Assembly: GCF_006345805.1 (NCBI RefSeq)
Contig: NC_042999.1
Location: 42,718,001 to 42,782,000 of the forward strand
Source of the DNA: Octopus sinensis
Lineage: Eukaryota
Length of the DNA stretch: 64,000 nucleotides
Reading direction: 5' to 3'
In this document: one piece after another, positions 27,611-41,521 of the stretch
Numbering within the stretch: the first letter of the stretch is position 1
How the letters are laid out: each line of letters starts with the position of its first letter
Notes under the pieces: model-generated
Seen by the model: the letters and a program-made list of their open reading frames with translations, nothing else
What the model was told of the DNA's origin: nothing
Databases searched by the model: none
Made by a program: the position numbers and the translations under genes

Positions 27611-27728
27611 ATATATATATATATATTTATATATATATATAATATATATATATATATAATATATATATTTATAGATATATATATATTTATATATATATAA
27701 TATATATCATATATAGTATTTAATATAT

Positions 27729-27759
<31 letters not shown>

Positions 27760-28090
27760 ATATATATATATTAGATATATATATATAATATATATTTATA
27801 TATTATATATATATATATTTATATTATATATATATTTATATATATATATAATATAATTTATATATATATAATATTATTTATATATAATATATATATATTT
27901 AATATATATATATAATAATATATATTTATATATATATATAATATAAATATATATTTATATATATATATATAAATATATTTATATATATATATATAATATA
28001 TATATATATATATAATATATATATAATATATATAATATATATATATTATATATAGAATCAATAAATGGTGGGGTTTTTTTTCCTTACTTA

Positions 28091-28134
<44 letters not shown>

Positions 28135-28135
28135 T

Positions 28136-28180
<45 letters not shown>
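25660..28180. repeat. About 2.5-kb TA/TACA/GA low-complexity block in KIF6 intron 1
   Basis: Directly visible. Interrupted by an RTE tail (about 25950-26140) and unique sequence (about 27280-27500). Confidence 0.95.
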
Positions 28181-28182
<2 letters not shown>

Positions 28183-28235
28183 GTATTGTATGTATGTTAA
28201 TAAATAAATTTGAGTGTATACTCATGAACATTTAC

Positions 28236-28295
28236 CCCAGTTCGATATTTGGTCGGTTTCAGTCGAGCATAAATTCTAATAGTTTCCTTCACCAT
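28236..28295 (-). CDS. KIF6: Kinesin-9 family motor KIF6, coding exon 1 (MVKETIRIYARLKPTKYRTG)
   Basis: Minus strand ATG at 28295 in context aaaattATGG. 20 codons, then donor GGG|GTAAAT, phase 0. Matches the KIF6 N-terminus as I recall it (MVKQTIQIFARVKP) much better than KIF9. Confidence 0.93.
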
Positions 28296-28480
28296 AATTT
28301 TTAGCAACCTGATATCCTTTCTCTCACTATTGTTTTTTCCTATTTAAACACGGTTCAAAAAGAAATTGTCAAATATTACGAAGACATGAATGCGTGTTAC
28401 TTTTTTCGTGTAGTTTGTTTACAAGCTACACCGCGACCGTTACCCAGGAGTTGGGTTAACACCGGTTGAATGGGAAGTTA
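28296..28480 (-). promoter_or_regulatory. Probable KIF6 5' UTR / proximal promoter
   Basis: Unique, relatively CpG-rich stretch directly upstream of the ATG. RFX-like half sites GTTGCTA (about 28302-28308) and CCTGGGTAAC (about 28439-28448). The TSS is not determinable. Confidence 0.5.
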
Positions 28481-29404
28481 ACTCTTGCCTGATTGTTTCA
28501 GGTTTTTACACTTAACTAGATTTTACTCAATTGTGTCTTTATTGAATGATTTTTTGTTCATTTTTTATATATTTATTTAAACTCTGTTTGTTTAAGGCTA
28601 TTTTTACCTTTGTTTATACAAAGACGGAAAATAAAATCGCTGTATTTTGCAGAGAAAAAAAATTACTTGATTATGAAGTAAATTTGAGCTGGCAGAACCG
28701 TTAGAGTGTTGGAGAATGCTTAGCAGCATTTATTTCGGTTTTACGTTCTCGGTTCAAATCTTGCTATGGTCCACCTTGTCTTTTATCCTTTCCAAGTTGA
28801 TAAAATAAAGGGTAATTCTTAAATACACGCAATATAAATGTTCACATATTAATTCACATATTACCAACTAGTAAATCTATATTTAATAACACCTTGAAAT
28901 CCACACTCTCGAAAACGTATTTCTGTAAAATATTGGGGGGGGGGGGGGTGAATTTCCGAAGGTTCCAACCCACTCCGTTTTCCGAACCCAAAAAAAGGGT
29001 TTTGCGTCATATTGGGAGGTCACCATAATTTATTCAACATTAAAAAAATTCCAATGATTCCGGGAGTCCAGTTAACACCCCACCCCACCACCCCTTTTTT
29101 TTCCCGAACAAAAATAGGGGGTTTGAGGCACATTAGAAGGTCAGAGTGTTTGATTCCACTCAGAAAAATCTGAGTTTTTTTTTTCTTTCTTTCTTAGTGA
29201 AACTCAGGTGGATGTACTTTCCGAAATTTACCAAATAAAGTACCAATCAAGCACTGAAATCGATACAATCGACTTGACCCCTGTCTTCAAAAATTGCTGG
29301 CCTTGTGCAAAATAAAATTAATAGTAGAAAGAATTATCCTTGCTGGTGAGCTGGTCGAAGCTCACCAATAATGATAATTATAGCTAAGTTGGACAAAATG
29401 CTTA

Positions 29405-29810
29405 CACTCTCTTTACTCTTTTACTTGTTTCAGTCATTTGACTGCGGCCATGCTGGAGCACCGCCTTTAGTCGAGGAACTCGACCCTGGGACTTATTCTT
29501 TGTAAACCTAGTACTTATTCTATCGGATTTCTTTTTGCCAAACCTCTAAGTTACGGGGATGTAAACACACCAGCATCGGTTGTCAAGCGATGTTGGGGGG
29601 GACAAACACAAACACACAAACATATACACACGTGTGTACATGTATATACGACGGGCTTCTTTCAGTTTCCATCTACCTAATCCATTCAAAAGGCTTTGGT
29701 CGGCCCGAGGCTATAGTAGAAGACACTTGCCCAAGGTGCCACACAGTGGGACTGAACCCAGAACCATGTGGTTGGTAAGCAAGCAAGCAAGTTATTTACC
29801 ACACAGTCAC
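29405..29810 (-). mobile_element. CORE-type SINE (family B)
   Basis: Full head + linker + (AAAGAGT)n tail in reverse. Similar copies at 32360-32820, 33410-33790, 37160-37560 (+), 52615-53010 and 54678-55070. Confidence 0.8.
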
Positions 29811-30129
29811 TCCTTCATTTATTTTTATTAATTTCTTTACTGTTTATTTTTGTATGTTTGTAAAATTTTTGATAAATAATTATGCTATTTAAATGAAAAA
29901 AGTAATCCCTTCAATTCAAAGACTGTTAGAAGTTCTTATATTTATGCAGTGTGGCTTTTGAATTGCCGTCCCTCAAAGTCCCACATCTCATGGAAAAGAA
30001 AAGCAAAAAGTGCAGAAATGGGGAGCAAAAATTTTAGAATGTAAAATAAATTTCTTTTTTATTGAAATTTTTTCTGTTTTCATTTGTTTCATATTTCCCT
30101 ATGTCAGCTGCTTCATCTGTCTGTGCTCC

Positions 30130-30440
30130 GCTGACACTTGCAGATGTTAATATGGAAGCCCCCACTAGCATCAATTCTCTATTTCCCAGAAGACAAAGCT
30201 CTGCATCTACAAAGCATCAGTCCTCTGTTTTCTTCTATTGAGCAAAAATGTGGCCCCTCTCAAAGATCAGAGCAAAGAGGATCAACAGCTTCAATAGCAG
30301 AGCCTTGAGAACCATCAAGAACATCAAATGGAACCAATATGCCTCCAACAAAGAATGGCCTGTGCACACACATCAGCCCACAGTCTCCCACTTCATAGCT
30401 ATTTCTTGCATGCACTGGTACGGACATGCTGTGGATTTTT
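30130..30440 (+). mobile_element. Decayed RTE LINE fragment
   Basis: WPLSKIRAKRINSFNSRALRTIKNIKWNQYASN..MHWYGHA matches the RTE post-RT domain pattern. Confidence 0.65.
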
Positions 30441-30926
30441 TTTCCTTCTAAATATAATTTATATGCCTGCCTGACTATTTCAAATGGCTTTATTCTTTAG
30501 AACTTATTAAGACTTCAAAACTTCTTACAACTTTCATTGTCATAATGTTTTCCTTTTATTTAGTTTAATAAAAATTCATCATTAAAGGCAGTGCTCCAGC
30601 ATGGCCGCAGTCAAATGACTGAAACAAGTAAGAGAGAGTAAGAGAGTATCATAATGTTTTTACTTTCATAGTGCTTGTTCTGTTGGTGATTTTTGCTGAA
30701 CTGCTAAGTTACAGGGATTAACACAAACTAACACAAGCAGTGGTGGAAAACAGGCACATACACAAAGACATACACATACACTAACACATACATACATACA
30801 CCCATGCATGCATGGTTCTGGGTTCATTACCACTGCCTGGCACCTTGGGCAAGTGTCTTCTACTATAGCCTCAGGCCAACCAAAGCCTTGTGAGGTAGCT
30901 TGGTAGACAGAAACTGAAAGAAGTTG

Positions 30927-30988
<62 letters not shown>

Positions 30989-30994
30989 TATATG

Positions 30995-31026
<32 letters not shown>

Positions 31027-31109
31027 TATATTATATACATATATGTATATATATATGGTATATATATATATATATCTATATATATATATAGTATATATAT
31101 ATATATACA

Positions 31110-31160
<51 letters not shown>

Positions 31161-32599
31161 CATATATGTATATATATATATATACATATATGTATATATA
31201 ATATATGTATATATATTATATATATATATATATATATAATATATATATAATATATATATATAAACATATATGTATATATATGTATATATATTGTATATAT
31301 ATATATATACATACATATATAGATATATATATATATATAGATAGACAGATAGATAGATAGATATGTTTCTTTGTTAGCCATACAGGGCTGAACACAGAGG
31401 GGACAAATTACAAAGTAGAGCTTGTCTTTTGGGGGGGAAAAAAAGTGGGGGTAGGTTTTCGATCAGAAGGGATTGTAAAAAAAGAAAGAAAAAATAGATA
31501 GATAGATAGACATTTATATATGTATGTATAGATAATTATGTGTATGTCAGGGTTTGTCCCACTGCCATTGCTTAACATCTAATGCTGGAGTGTTTATGTC
31601 CCTGTAACTTAGTGGTTTGGCAAGAGAAGCCGAAAGAATAAGTACTAGGCTTACAATGGTTAAGTCCTGAGGTCAATTTCTTCAGCTAAAACCCTTCAAA
31701 GCAGTGCTCCAGCATGGCCGCAGTCAAATGACTGAAACAAGTAAAAGATTAAAAGAATATATATATCTTAGACATTCTTCTATCTTATCTTCCTACATTT
31801 TAAAGATTCCTTTTTTTTGACATTGTATGTTTTATAAATTCTTCTTCTTTGTTCCACTTGTTGCATTGTTTCAGTCAGAGGGGGCTACTTGAATATCTGT
31901 CTCCTCCTTTTTCATCATTGTCATGATCTTTAAGGTTTCCAATGTTAACCTTTTTTTTCCTTCTTTTCAGTAACTTCTGCAAAGTTCAACCTTTTAGGTC
32001 TTGCCACCGGTGAGTTATTTTTTTCACCCGACACAGGTGAAAATAATTTTTCACTTTCTATTTTTTCACAAAAAATTTTTTGGCTCGACGCCATAAGTAA
32101 TTTTTGGGTCTATACCCCGTACAATTGGCTTAAAGCCACAGAAAATAATAACAATGATTCCTCCCAGGGGGGAATTAAAACAAGCTTGCTTCAAAAAAGC
32201 AATAAACAGTTTTCTCAATTGACAATTTGTAAAACAATCCAACTCACAACCACAATACAACAAATTCAACAAAACTTTCTGATATACAGCTAACAACAGG
32301 AGACTCGCACTAAGAAGAATTATTACATTACTCGAATTCCACTCAAATAATGGAGTGAATATCTCTTTTTACTCTTTTACTTGTTTCAGTCATTTGACTG
32401 TGGCCATGCTGGAGCACCGCCTTTTAGTCGAGCAAATCGACCCCAAGACTTATTCTTTGTAAGCCTAGTACTTATTCTATCGATCACATTTGCCGAACCA
32501 CTAAGTTACAGGGACGTAAACACACCAGCATCGGTTGTCAAACGATGTTGGGGGAACAAACACAGACACACAAACATGCACACACACATACACACACGT

Positions 32600-32644
<45 letters not shown>

Positions 32645-34113
32645 CATATATACGACGAGCTTCTTTCAGTTTCCGTCTACCAAATCCACTCACAAGGCTT
32701 TGGTCAGACCAACGTTATAGTAGAAGATACTTGCCCAAGGTACCAAGTAGTGGGACTGAACCTTGAACCATGTGGTTGGTAAGCAAGCTACTTACCACAA
32801 AGCGACTCCTACGCCTATATGTGAGCAATATATACTCAAAAATACATGCTGATTAAAGCAGAACTTAAAAATCCACGTGCAAAAAGTATCAAACCAGTAT
32901 GTGAATCAGAAGGCTGTCAAAAATTCACTCCACAAGGAGAATGCATGAAACGAAGTAGAGTCACCAAGCTCAAGTCGATACCAACCAGAACCTAGACATA
33001 AATTAAAGCAATATAACAGGCTACAAAAAAACAGAGATGATGAGATGTTCAGGTGATCCCCTCAAGGCACAACGTAAAAGTGGGTGGGTGGATAGTAAAT
33101 AACAAGTTGTCAAAAAAAAATCAAAAGCAAGGAGTGCATGGAAGTAACATCTGTACAATTCACCTAATATTCTGTTTTAATCATTTGTTGTTGTTTAGCC
33201 CCAGGTCAAGCTGATCGAGGGAACCTATGATGAAAGGTGTTCTTGTAGTTAACATTTTGTTTTTTTATATATCAAGTACTACATTGCTCGATATATTCTT
33301 CTTATTTACAACAGTACTATATGATGTAAGGAAAATTTGACTGCTATTTTTAGCATGGCTAGTGACTGTGTAGGGATTGCCTTGTTGGCTTACAACCATT
33401 TCTTTTAATTTTGCTTGTTTCAGTCATAGGACAGAAGCTGTGCTTGGGCTTCACATTGAAGGATTCTTCTGTTCTTTTAGTTGAACAAATCAATCTCAGT
33501 ACTTATTTTCAAGTCTGGCACTTATTCTGTTAGTCCCTTTTACCAAACTGCTAAGTTACGGGGATACAAACAAACCAAAACTGGTTATCAAGTGACAGTG
33601 GTGGTGAGGCACAAACACACGAACACATACACACACGTTTGTGTGTTTATGAAGGCTTCGACACAGTTTCTGTCTACCAAATTCACTCAAGAGGCTTTGG
33701 TCAGCCCAGAGCTATAGTAGATGACACCTGCCTAGGATGCTGTACAGAGGAACTGAACCCAAAATTACATGGTTGCAAAACAAGCTTTAGCAAGCATCAT
33801 ACAGTGAGGAAATAGCAGGGCAAGTGAGCAAAGGCTATGATTTAGTCAAGGCCACAAAATGCTATTTATGCTCACAATACCTTTGGGAAAGGCGCAAACA
33901 CAGCAACACTTCTCATTCTATAAAGCTTGCCTCCCTGCTCAGTCAAACAAAACATTCACTGAATTTAAACAACGGGAACAGAGTTTTCAAAAGTGGGAAT
34001 TTAAAACAATTAATTTTATAAGTCTTGAGGTTTGCTTTCATAAAAGAAAATATAACAAACAATATCAATTATAACAAGCACATGCACAAAAACAAACACA
34101 TACTCTCTCTCTT

Positions 34114-34145
<32 letters not shown>

Positions 34146-34229
34146 TTCTCTTTCTTTATCACTTTATTTATATATGTAACTATCTATTTATCTATCTATC
34201 CCTCCATTCGTCCATCCTTCCTTCCATGC

Positions 34230-34352
<123 letters not shown>

Positions 34353-35974
34353 CATCTACCCATCCTTCCATCCATGCATCTATCTATCTATCTATCCATC
34401 TTTCTCTGTCTCATTATCTTCCTTTCTCCTCTTGCCTCTCCCCGAATTTCTCAAACTTTCAAAATCAGTTTCCTTATAGCTTCAAGGGGATATCAGAAAT
34501 ATCTGGAAAATAATTACAATTTTCAAGATGTTATAATAATTAAATTCATATATTGTTAATGAAAAGTAAATTATTCTCATATTTACATTATTTTAAAGTG
34601 AAACAAATACTTGCACGAAAGAAAAGAGAAATGTACTAAAAAAATATATAAATTATGTCCCCCTTATGAGTATTTTGTATAGCAGAACATTTTGCTTTGT
34701 TTAAAAAATGCAAACATGAATTCCCTGTTTAATCATAGGTCAACCAACAATAAATTTACATTGAATTACATTCATATTTCAAATTTAATTTTTAACAATT
34801 TAATAGAAAGTAATTATTTCTTGAACACGTATTTAGAAACAAATGAGCTATATTGATCTTGTAGCAGGAATTATTAATAAGAGTCAGTGAAGTTACGTGG
34901 AAACGTTCAATTAAAACAAAAGGTGAAAAGACAAGGTACCATAAAAAAAGTATAAGAAATTGTGTGATAAAGTTTTGTTGATGTTGTTGTTGTCGTTGTC
35001 GTTGTTGCTGTTGTTGCTGGAGCAGCTGTTGATGTTGTTAAGGTTGATGTTGTTGATGTTTATCTCTCGATCACTCTTGATTGAGCAGACCTGTGACCAA
35101 AGGCATTTCAATTTCAATTTTATTTCAATTCTCTTCAATTCATTTATTGACATTGTCATTAAAACATCAGATGAAATGCAGTATTTATTCTGATTATTTG
35201 CATTCTGAGTTCAAACCCTGCATAGGCCAAGTTCACATCCTTTTATCCTTCCAAGCATGATAAATACAGTTCCGGTCTAAAGTAGTGGACTGATGGAACC
35301 GTTAGAGCATCGGACAGAATGCTTTGTGATATTTATTCCAGTTCTTTGTATTCTAAGTTAAAATTCCTCCATAGTCGACTTAGGTGGTAGTTTAACACCA
35401 CTACTTGGTCCTTGGGTGCTTTAGTTGAGTTGCAGGCATTTGGAACAGGTCTCCTATTTGATGACAATTTCCTCCTGCTCTCCCCTAGTCTCAGCATCCC
35501 TGTAAAGAATCATGGGCACTGATTCCACAAAATTGTGATTTATAATAATATATCTACATGTTCTTACTATGTTCTATAAGATTCAAATGTGAATATCTGG
35601 TTTTTGCTACTGGTGAATGACTCCTCCCTTTAGCTGATGTCTGTTCACAACATATATGATTCACCAGTGAAAGGGGACTTTGAATCAATGTCAGGTTTTG
35701 GCCTCATTTTCTGTCTCATCAGTCAAAGCTACCCTGCCAGACTGATGAATCTCAGTTGTGTGCTGGTGCCACTTAAAAAGCATTCATTTCAGTGCTATGT
35801 GAAAGCACCCATGGCCATGCCACATAAAAGCACCCAGTACACTTTGTAAAGTGGTTAGCATTAGGATGGGGATCCAGCCATAGAAACCATGCCAAAACAG
35901 ACTTGGGGCTTGGGCAGCTCTTCAGTTGGTCAGCTCCTGTCAAACTGCACAACCCATGCTAGCATTGTAAACAG

Positions 35975-36285
35975 ATGTTTGTTCCTTCTCGAGCCATCCT
36001 TGGCTCATAAGGGCTGGTTTCCCAATTTCCTTGGTGTATAGGTTCCCCACCTGGACAGGATGCGGGTCCGTCGCAGGTGAGCTGCAAGATGCAGGAGGAA
36101 AGAGTGAGAGAAAGTTGTGGCGAAAGAGTCAGCAGAAGTTCGCCATTACCTTCTGTCGGAGCTGCATGGAGCTTAGGTGTTTCACTCATAAACACACATA
36201 TCGCCCGGTCTGAGATTCAAACCCATGATCCCACGACCATGAGTCCACTGCTCTAACCACTAAACCATGTGCCTCCATGTAAACA
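35975..36285 (-). mobile_element. tRNA-derived SINE, head H2
   Basis: Head and 'tctttcgccacaactttctctcactctt' middle domain are shared with 39999-40382, but the tail differs. Confidence 0.75.
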
Positions 36286-37579
36286 TGTTAAATGATGATA
36301 ATGGTGATGTGTGCAGATGTCTACCAAATAGATAATAGTCTATGGGGTGCACACAAAAAAAAAAGTAAGAATCCAAACAATTCTTAATATGTTCTGGTAC
36401 ATTTGATTATGGTAATGAGATATTCATGTTCAAGCCAGCAGAGGTCAACTTTATCTTTCATCTTTTCAGGGTTGATGAAATAAAGTACCAGTCAAGTACT
36501 GGGGTCAGTAATATTGACTGACCTGTTCCCCTTAAAAGTGCTGGCTTTGTGCCTAAATTAGAAACAATATTAGATACATAATATCCTTCTCTTCTCTTTT
36601 TCCTTGAGTCCTTGACTCTTGATGGAATCATAGGGGTGCCGTCAGGACAAACAGTGTGTCTCGGGCATTAAAACCTGACAGTTTTAATGCTTAAGACTCT
36701 CATTACTCTCTAGGTCTAATTACAACTAATTTCTCTTGGAAAGAGAGAAAGATAGACAGAGAGATAGAAATAGAGAAACAGAAGAAGAATTGACCTCAGT
36801 AGTGGGATACTATTTCATTGATTGACCCTGAAATTATGTAAGGCATATGTTGACCTTGGCAGAATTTGAACTCAGAGTGTGGAGACATGGAACAAATACT
36901 CTTGAGTATTTTATCCAACATGCTATTCATCCTGCCAAGTCAACCTTATATGGTATTGTGAAAACTATACAATTCAACACATCTTTCTCTATGACAGATG
37001 GGTGTGATTTGAGGGAAAATTAGCTACTATATCAAGCATGGACAACACAAGGCTGCAAATACTCTTTAATTTTGCTGAGGAAAAAGCAACCTCTATAGTG
37101 TTGATGCCACAAAAAACTGCTCACAGTACTTTCTGTCCTGTTCTATCAAACTATCCAGTACATAGGTGCGGGTGTGACTGTGTGGTGAGAAGCTTGCTTC
37201 CCAACCACATGGTTCCAGGTTCAGTCCCACTGCATGGCACCTTGGGCAAGTTTCTTCTACTATAGCCTTGGGCCAACCAAAGCCTTGTGAGTGGATTTGA
37301 TAGACAGAAACAGAAAGAAGCCCATCATATATGTGTGTGTGTGTGTGTATGTATATATTTGTGTGTCTGTGTTTGTTCCCCAACTTCGCTTGACAATTGA
37401 TGCTGGTGTATTTATGTCTCCGTAACTTAGCAGTTAGGCGAAAGACACCAATAGAATAAGTAACAGGCTTACAAAGAATAAGTCCTGGGGTCGTTTTGCT
37501 CAACTAAGGGTGGTACTCCAACATGGCCACAGTCAAATGACAGAATCAAATAAAAGAATAGAGCAAATGTAGACTGAGA

Positions 37580-37632
37580 TGCAGGGGTCTCAGACACACA
37601 GACAGACAGAATTTCACTTTTATTATAATAGA
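37580..37632 (-). mobile_element. Helitron-like 5' end fragment
   Basis: Reverse complement reads tctattataataaaagtgaaattctgtctgtctgtgtgtctg, typical of non-autonomous Helitron 5' termini. Confidence 0.45.
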
Positions 37633-37639
37633 TTTTTTT

Positions 37640-37895
37640 TTTGTGGTGGTGCGTGGCTTAGTGGTTAGGGTATCAGCATCACGATCATAAGATTGTGGTT
37701 TCAATTCCTGAACCAGGCGATGCGTTGTGTTCTTGAGCAAAACACTTCATTTCACGTTGCTCCAGTCCACTCAGTTGGCAAAAATGAGTGACGCTGCGAT
37801 GGACTGGCGTCCTGTCCAGCTGGGGAACACATACGCCATAGAAACTGGGAAACCGGGCCCATGAGCCTGGCTAGGCTTTAAAAGGGCACATTTAC
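37640..37895 (+). mobile_element. tRNA-derived SINE, head H1 + V/Meta-like domain
   Basis: Head H1 followed by 'gcgatggactggcgtcctgtccag', which resembles the V/Meta SINE central domains. Confidence 0.65.
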
Positions 37896-38289
37896 ATTTT
37901 TTATTTTTGTAATAGATTTTATTATAATACAGTGTTTAAAGTGGTGAGCTGGCAGAATCGTAACCACACCAGGCAAAATGCTTAGCAGCATTTCATCCAT
38001 CTTAACATTCTGACTTCAGATTCTGCTGAGGTGAACTTTGCCTTTTACCCTTTAAGGGTCGATCAATAAAATAAGTACCAGTCAAGTACTGAAGTCAATG
38101 TAATCAACTTGCTCCCTCCTCCAAAATTACTGACCTTGTACCAAAATTTGAAATCAATATATACTAAGTTTATATCCATCTCAGTTTATAACTAATGTTT
38201 TAAGCTTGACATATAACCAATACCAAATGATGTTAATATGTGAATATTGTTATAAAGGAAAAATTGTTATTCTAACCGGTATCTCTGTT

Positions 38290-38600
38290 TAGCTTTCTAC
38301 TCGGCAAATAACTATCCCCAATGATTTTATATATACTTTAGTTATCCTTGTATTCACCGATAATATTTCTAAATTAGACAGCCAATAATATATAGAATAT
38401 AATTCAATAGAATCCAGAACAAGATCATGGGAATAGCAACTACCAAGATATCTTTTATATCAATGTCATTTTCTTATGCAAGTTAATATAAGGCAAAAAT
38501 CAACTACCTAGACATAAATATCTATTATTGCATCAACTACATTTTCTTATAATACTTAATATACTTAATCCATCCATCACCTGGTTTATAGGGATATCAA
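38290..38600 (+). mobile_element. Probable Penelope-like RT remnant
   Basis: KINYLDINI followed by a degenerate ..PT..Y..L..HP..GI pattern, in the order expected downstream of a PLE RT core. Confidence 0.35.
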
Positions 38601-39029
38601 CTACATCATCATCATCATCATCATCATCATCGTCATCATCATTGTTATCCTCATCATCATCATCTTTATCACCACTTTTCATTCACTTTTCCATGCCAGC
38701 ATGAATTGGATGGGTTTCTATCAGCAGGCAATGTTTTAGAAGTGGATCCCCTTTCTGTTGCACTCTTACAACATGCAGAGACATAGTGTATATATTCTGT
38801 TATAAATATGGGTTACACGTGGTAAAGAATATCAACTGCATAGCCAAATATTTAGTATGACCAGTTCATTTCCTTATAATATCTGATGAACATAATTCAG
38901 TGCCTGGTTTACCTAGAACAAATATTTATGACATACTCTACATTTTCTCATAATGATTGGCAGATCTACTTTGTTGCTTGGTTTAACTTGACTCATTATT
39001 TATCACAGCCACATGAAATGCTTAGCAGT

Positions 39030-39410
39030 ATTCTTTTCTACTCTAGGCACAAGGCCCAAAATTTGGGGGAAGGGGGCCAGTCGATTAGATTGGCCCCAGT
39101 ATGCAACTGGTACTCAATTTATTGACTCCGAAAGGATGAAAAGCAGAGTCAACTTTGGTGGAATTTGAACTCACGAAATACCTATTTCTTTACTACCCAC
39201 AAAGGGCTAAACACAGAGAGGACAAACAAGAACAGACACACAGATTAAGTCAATTATATTAACTCCAGTGCGTAACTGGTACTTATTTAATCTACCCCAG
39301 AAGGATGAAAGGCAAAGTTGACCTCGGCAGAATTTGAACTCAGAACGTAGTGGCAGACGAAATACCGCTAAGCATTTCGCCCGGCATGCTAACATTTCTG
39401 CCAGCTCGAT
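39030..39410 (-). mobile_element. Family A SINE multimer
   Basis: Two units joined at 'gaaatacc|tatttctttactaccc' (about 39180). Confidence 0.75.
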
Positions 39411-39998
39411 GATAAGCATTTCACATGGAATGACAACATTTCTGGTAGCTCACTGTCTTAATTAATAAAACTGTTAATACTCTAATGTATGTATTGAATT
39501 CTGTTTCTCTCATTTATAAACCACAGTTATTATTGGTTAGTATTACATACTAAATCGAAGGCAGTGAGCTGGTAGAATTGTTAACACACCAGGTAGAAAG
39601 CTGAGTGGCATTTCATTCATCTTTACATTCTGAGTTCAAATTCTGATCGGGTCAACTTTGCCATTTGTCCTTTTGTGTGGGATGATCATTAAAATAAGTA
39701 TCTGCTGAACTCTAGTGTCAATATAATCAACTTATTACCTCCCCTGAAATTGCTGGCCTTGTGCCAAAATTTTTAACCAGTATTATGTATTAAATTACTA
39801 TTTGTACATAGCCTAGTAGTTAAAATATCGAGCTTACAATCACAGGGTTCTGGATTTGGTCCTGGGCTGGGCAGTACATTTTGACCCTAAGCAAGGCATA
39901 GCAATGGTCATGAAGAAAGACTTTTCTTCCTCTGACTAAACCTTAAAAATGATATTACAGCATATTGTAATAAATAACATGTGTATACATCTGTTCTT

Positions 39999-40382
39999 GT
40001 GGAGGTGCAATGGCCCAGTGGTTAGGGCAGCGGACTCGCGGTCGTAGGATCGCGGTTTCGATTCCCAGACCGGGCGTTGTGAGTGTTTATTGAGCGAAAA
40101 CACCTAAAGCTCCACGAGGCTCCGGCAGGGATGGTGGTGATCCCTGCTGTACTCTTTCACCACAACTTTCTCTCACTCTTACTTCCTGTTTCTGTTGTAC
40201 CTGTATTTCAAAGGGCCGGCCTTGTCACTCTCTGTGTCACGCTGAATATCCCCGAGAACTGCGTTAAGGGTATACGTGTCTGTGGAGTGCTCAGCCACTT
40301 ACACGTTAATTTCACGAGCAGGCTGTTCCGTTGATCGGATCAACCAGAACCCTCGTCGTCGTAACCGACAGAGTGCTTCCAC
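39999..40382 (+). mobile_element. Young tRNA-derived SINE (head H2 + tail X) with a 12-bp TSD
   Basis: TSD acatctgttctt at 39987-39998 and 40383-40394. CpGs are intact. Confidence 0.85.
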
Positions 40383-40899
40383 ACATCTGTTCTTATACTT
40401 GCTATACTTAAGTCTAAAGTTTAACTCATAACCAAGTCTAAATAATATAAAACTGATATAGAACTAATTATTTTCTATTTCTCTGTTAATTGTTTTAATT
40501 TGTTGTTTAAGGAGAAAATCTAAAATTCCTATTACTGATTACATTAAGAATAATTTGGTCAGTAGAAAATCAATATCTGAAAAATCTACACCTGTTTTTT
40601 CAAGTCAACAAAATATTTATCTTTTAACAAATCAACCAATCTACTTCCTTCTGTTCTTTGTTTTTTAACCTCAGAAATAGATTTGAATGGAGAGAATGTA
40701 TACTATTTCTTTTTATGTAATATAGATGCAGGGATAGCTTTGCAGTAGAGAAGTTTGCTTCATGACCATGTCGTCACAAGTTCGATCCCACTGTATGGCA
40801 CCTTGTGCAAATGTCTTCTACTATAGCCCTGAGATGATCGAAGCCTTGTAAGTAGATTTGGTAGATAGAAACCAGTCTTTGTTTTAACATATTTCTGTA

Positions 40900-41300
40900 T
40901 TGACTACAGGGGGACAAACATAGATGGGACAAAGAAGGATGGACAAAGGGATTAAGTCGATTATATCGACCCCAGTGCGTAACTGGTCCTTATTTAATCA
41001 ACCCCTAAAGGATGAAAGGTAAAGTCAACCTCGGTGGAATTCGAACTCAGAACATAATGACAGGCAAAATACCTATTTCTTTACTACCCACAAGGGGCTA
41101 AACACAGAGAGGACAAGCAAGGACAGACAAACGGATTAAGTCAATTACATTGACTCCAGTGCATAACTGGTACTTATTTAATTGACCCTGAAAGAATGAA
41201 AGGCAAAGTTGACCTCGGCAGAATTTGAACTCAGAACTTAACGGCAGACAAAATACCGCTAAGCATTTCAGCCAGCATGCTAACAATTCTGCCAGCTCAC
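40900..41300 (-). mobile_element. Family A SINE head-to-tail dimer
   Basis: Same junction 'aaatacc|tatttctttactaccc' at about 41073. Confidence 0.75.
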
Positions 41301-41472
41301 CATGATTCATCAGAACTTTCAACTGGTATATATGACTCATTTATAATAAAACATTTACATGCTGAATACATTTGATTACAGTAATATCCATATGTGCTTC
41401 ACAAGGACATAGCTTAGATTACAACCCTTTCTATGCACTACTTGTATATGTATGTGAGCATGTGTATGTATG

Positions 41473-41521
<49 letters not shown>

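Noticed and set aside
28930-29230. G/C-run-rich odd segment upstream of the promoter
   Set aside because: No ORF, repeat structure or family match that I can support. It may be a degenerate repeat or low-quality sequence.
31971-32009. Plus-strand 39-nt segment between a strong-looking acceptor and GTGAGT
   Set aside because: The pyrimidine tract is the complement of a purine-rich minus-strand ORF, and no partner exons were found.
34911-35193. Poly-Gln/Asn/Thr-like ORFs
   Set aside because: They arise from a degenerate (GTT)n repeat. Stops interrupt the Gln and Thr frames, and there is no recognisable protein.
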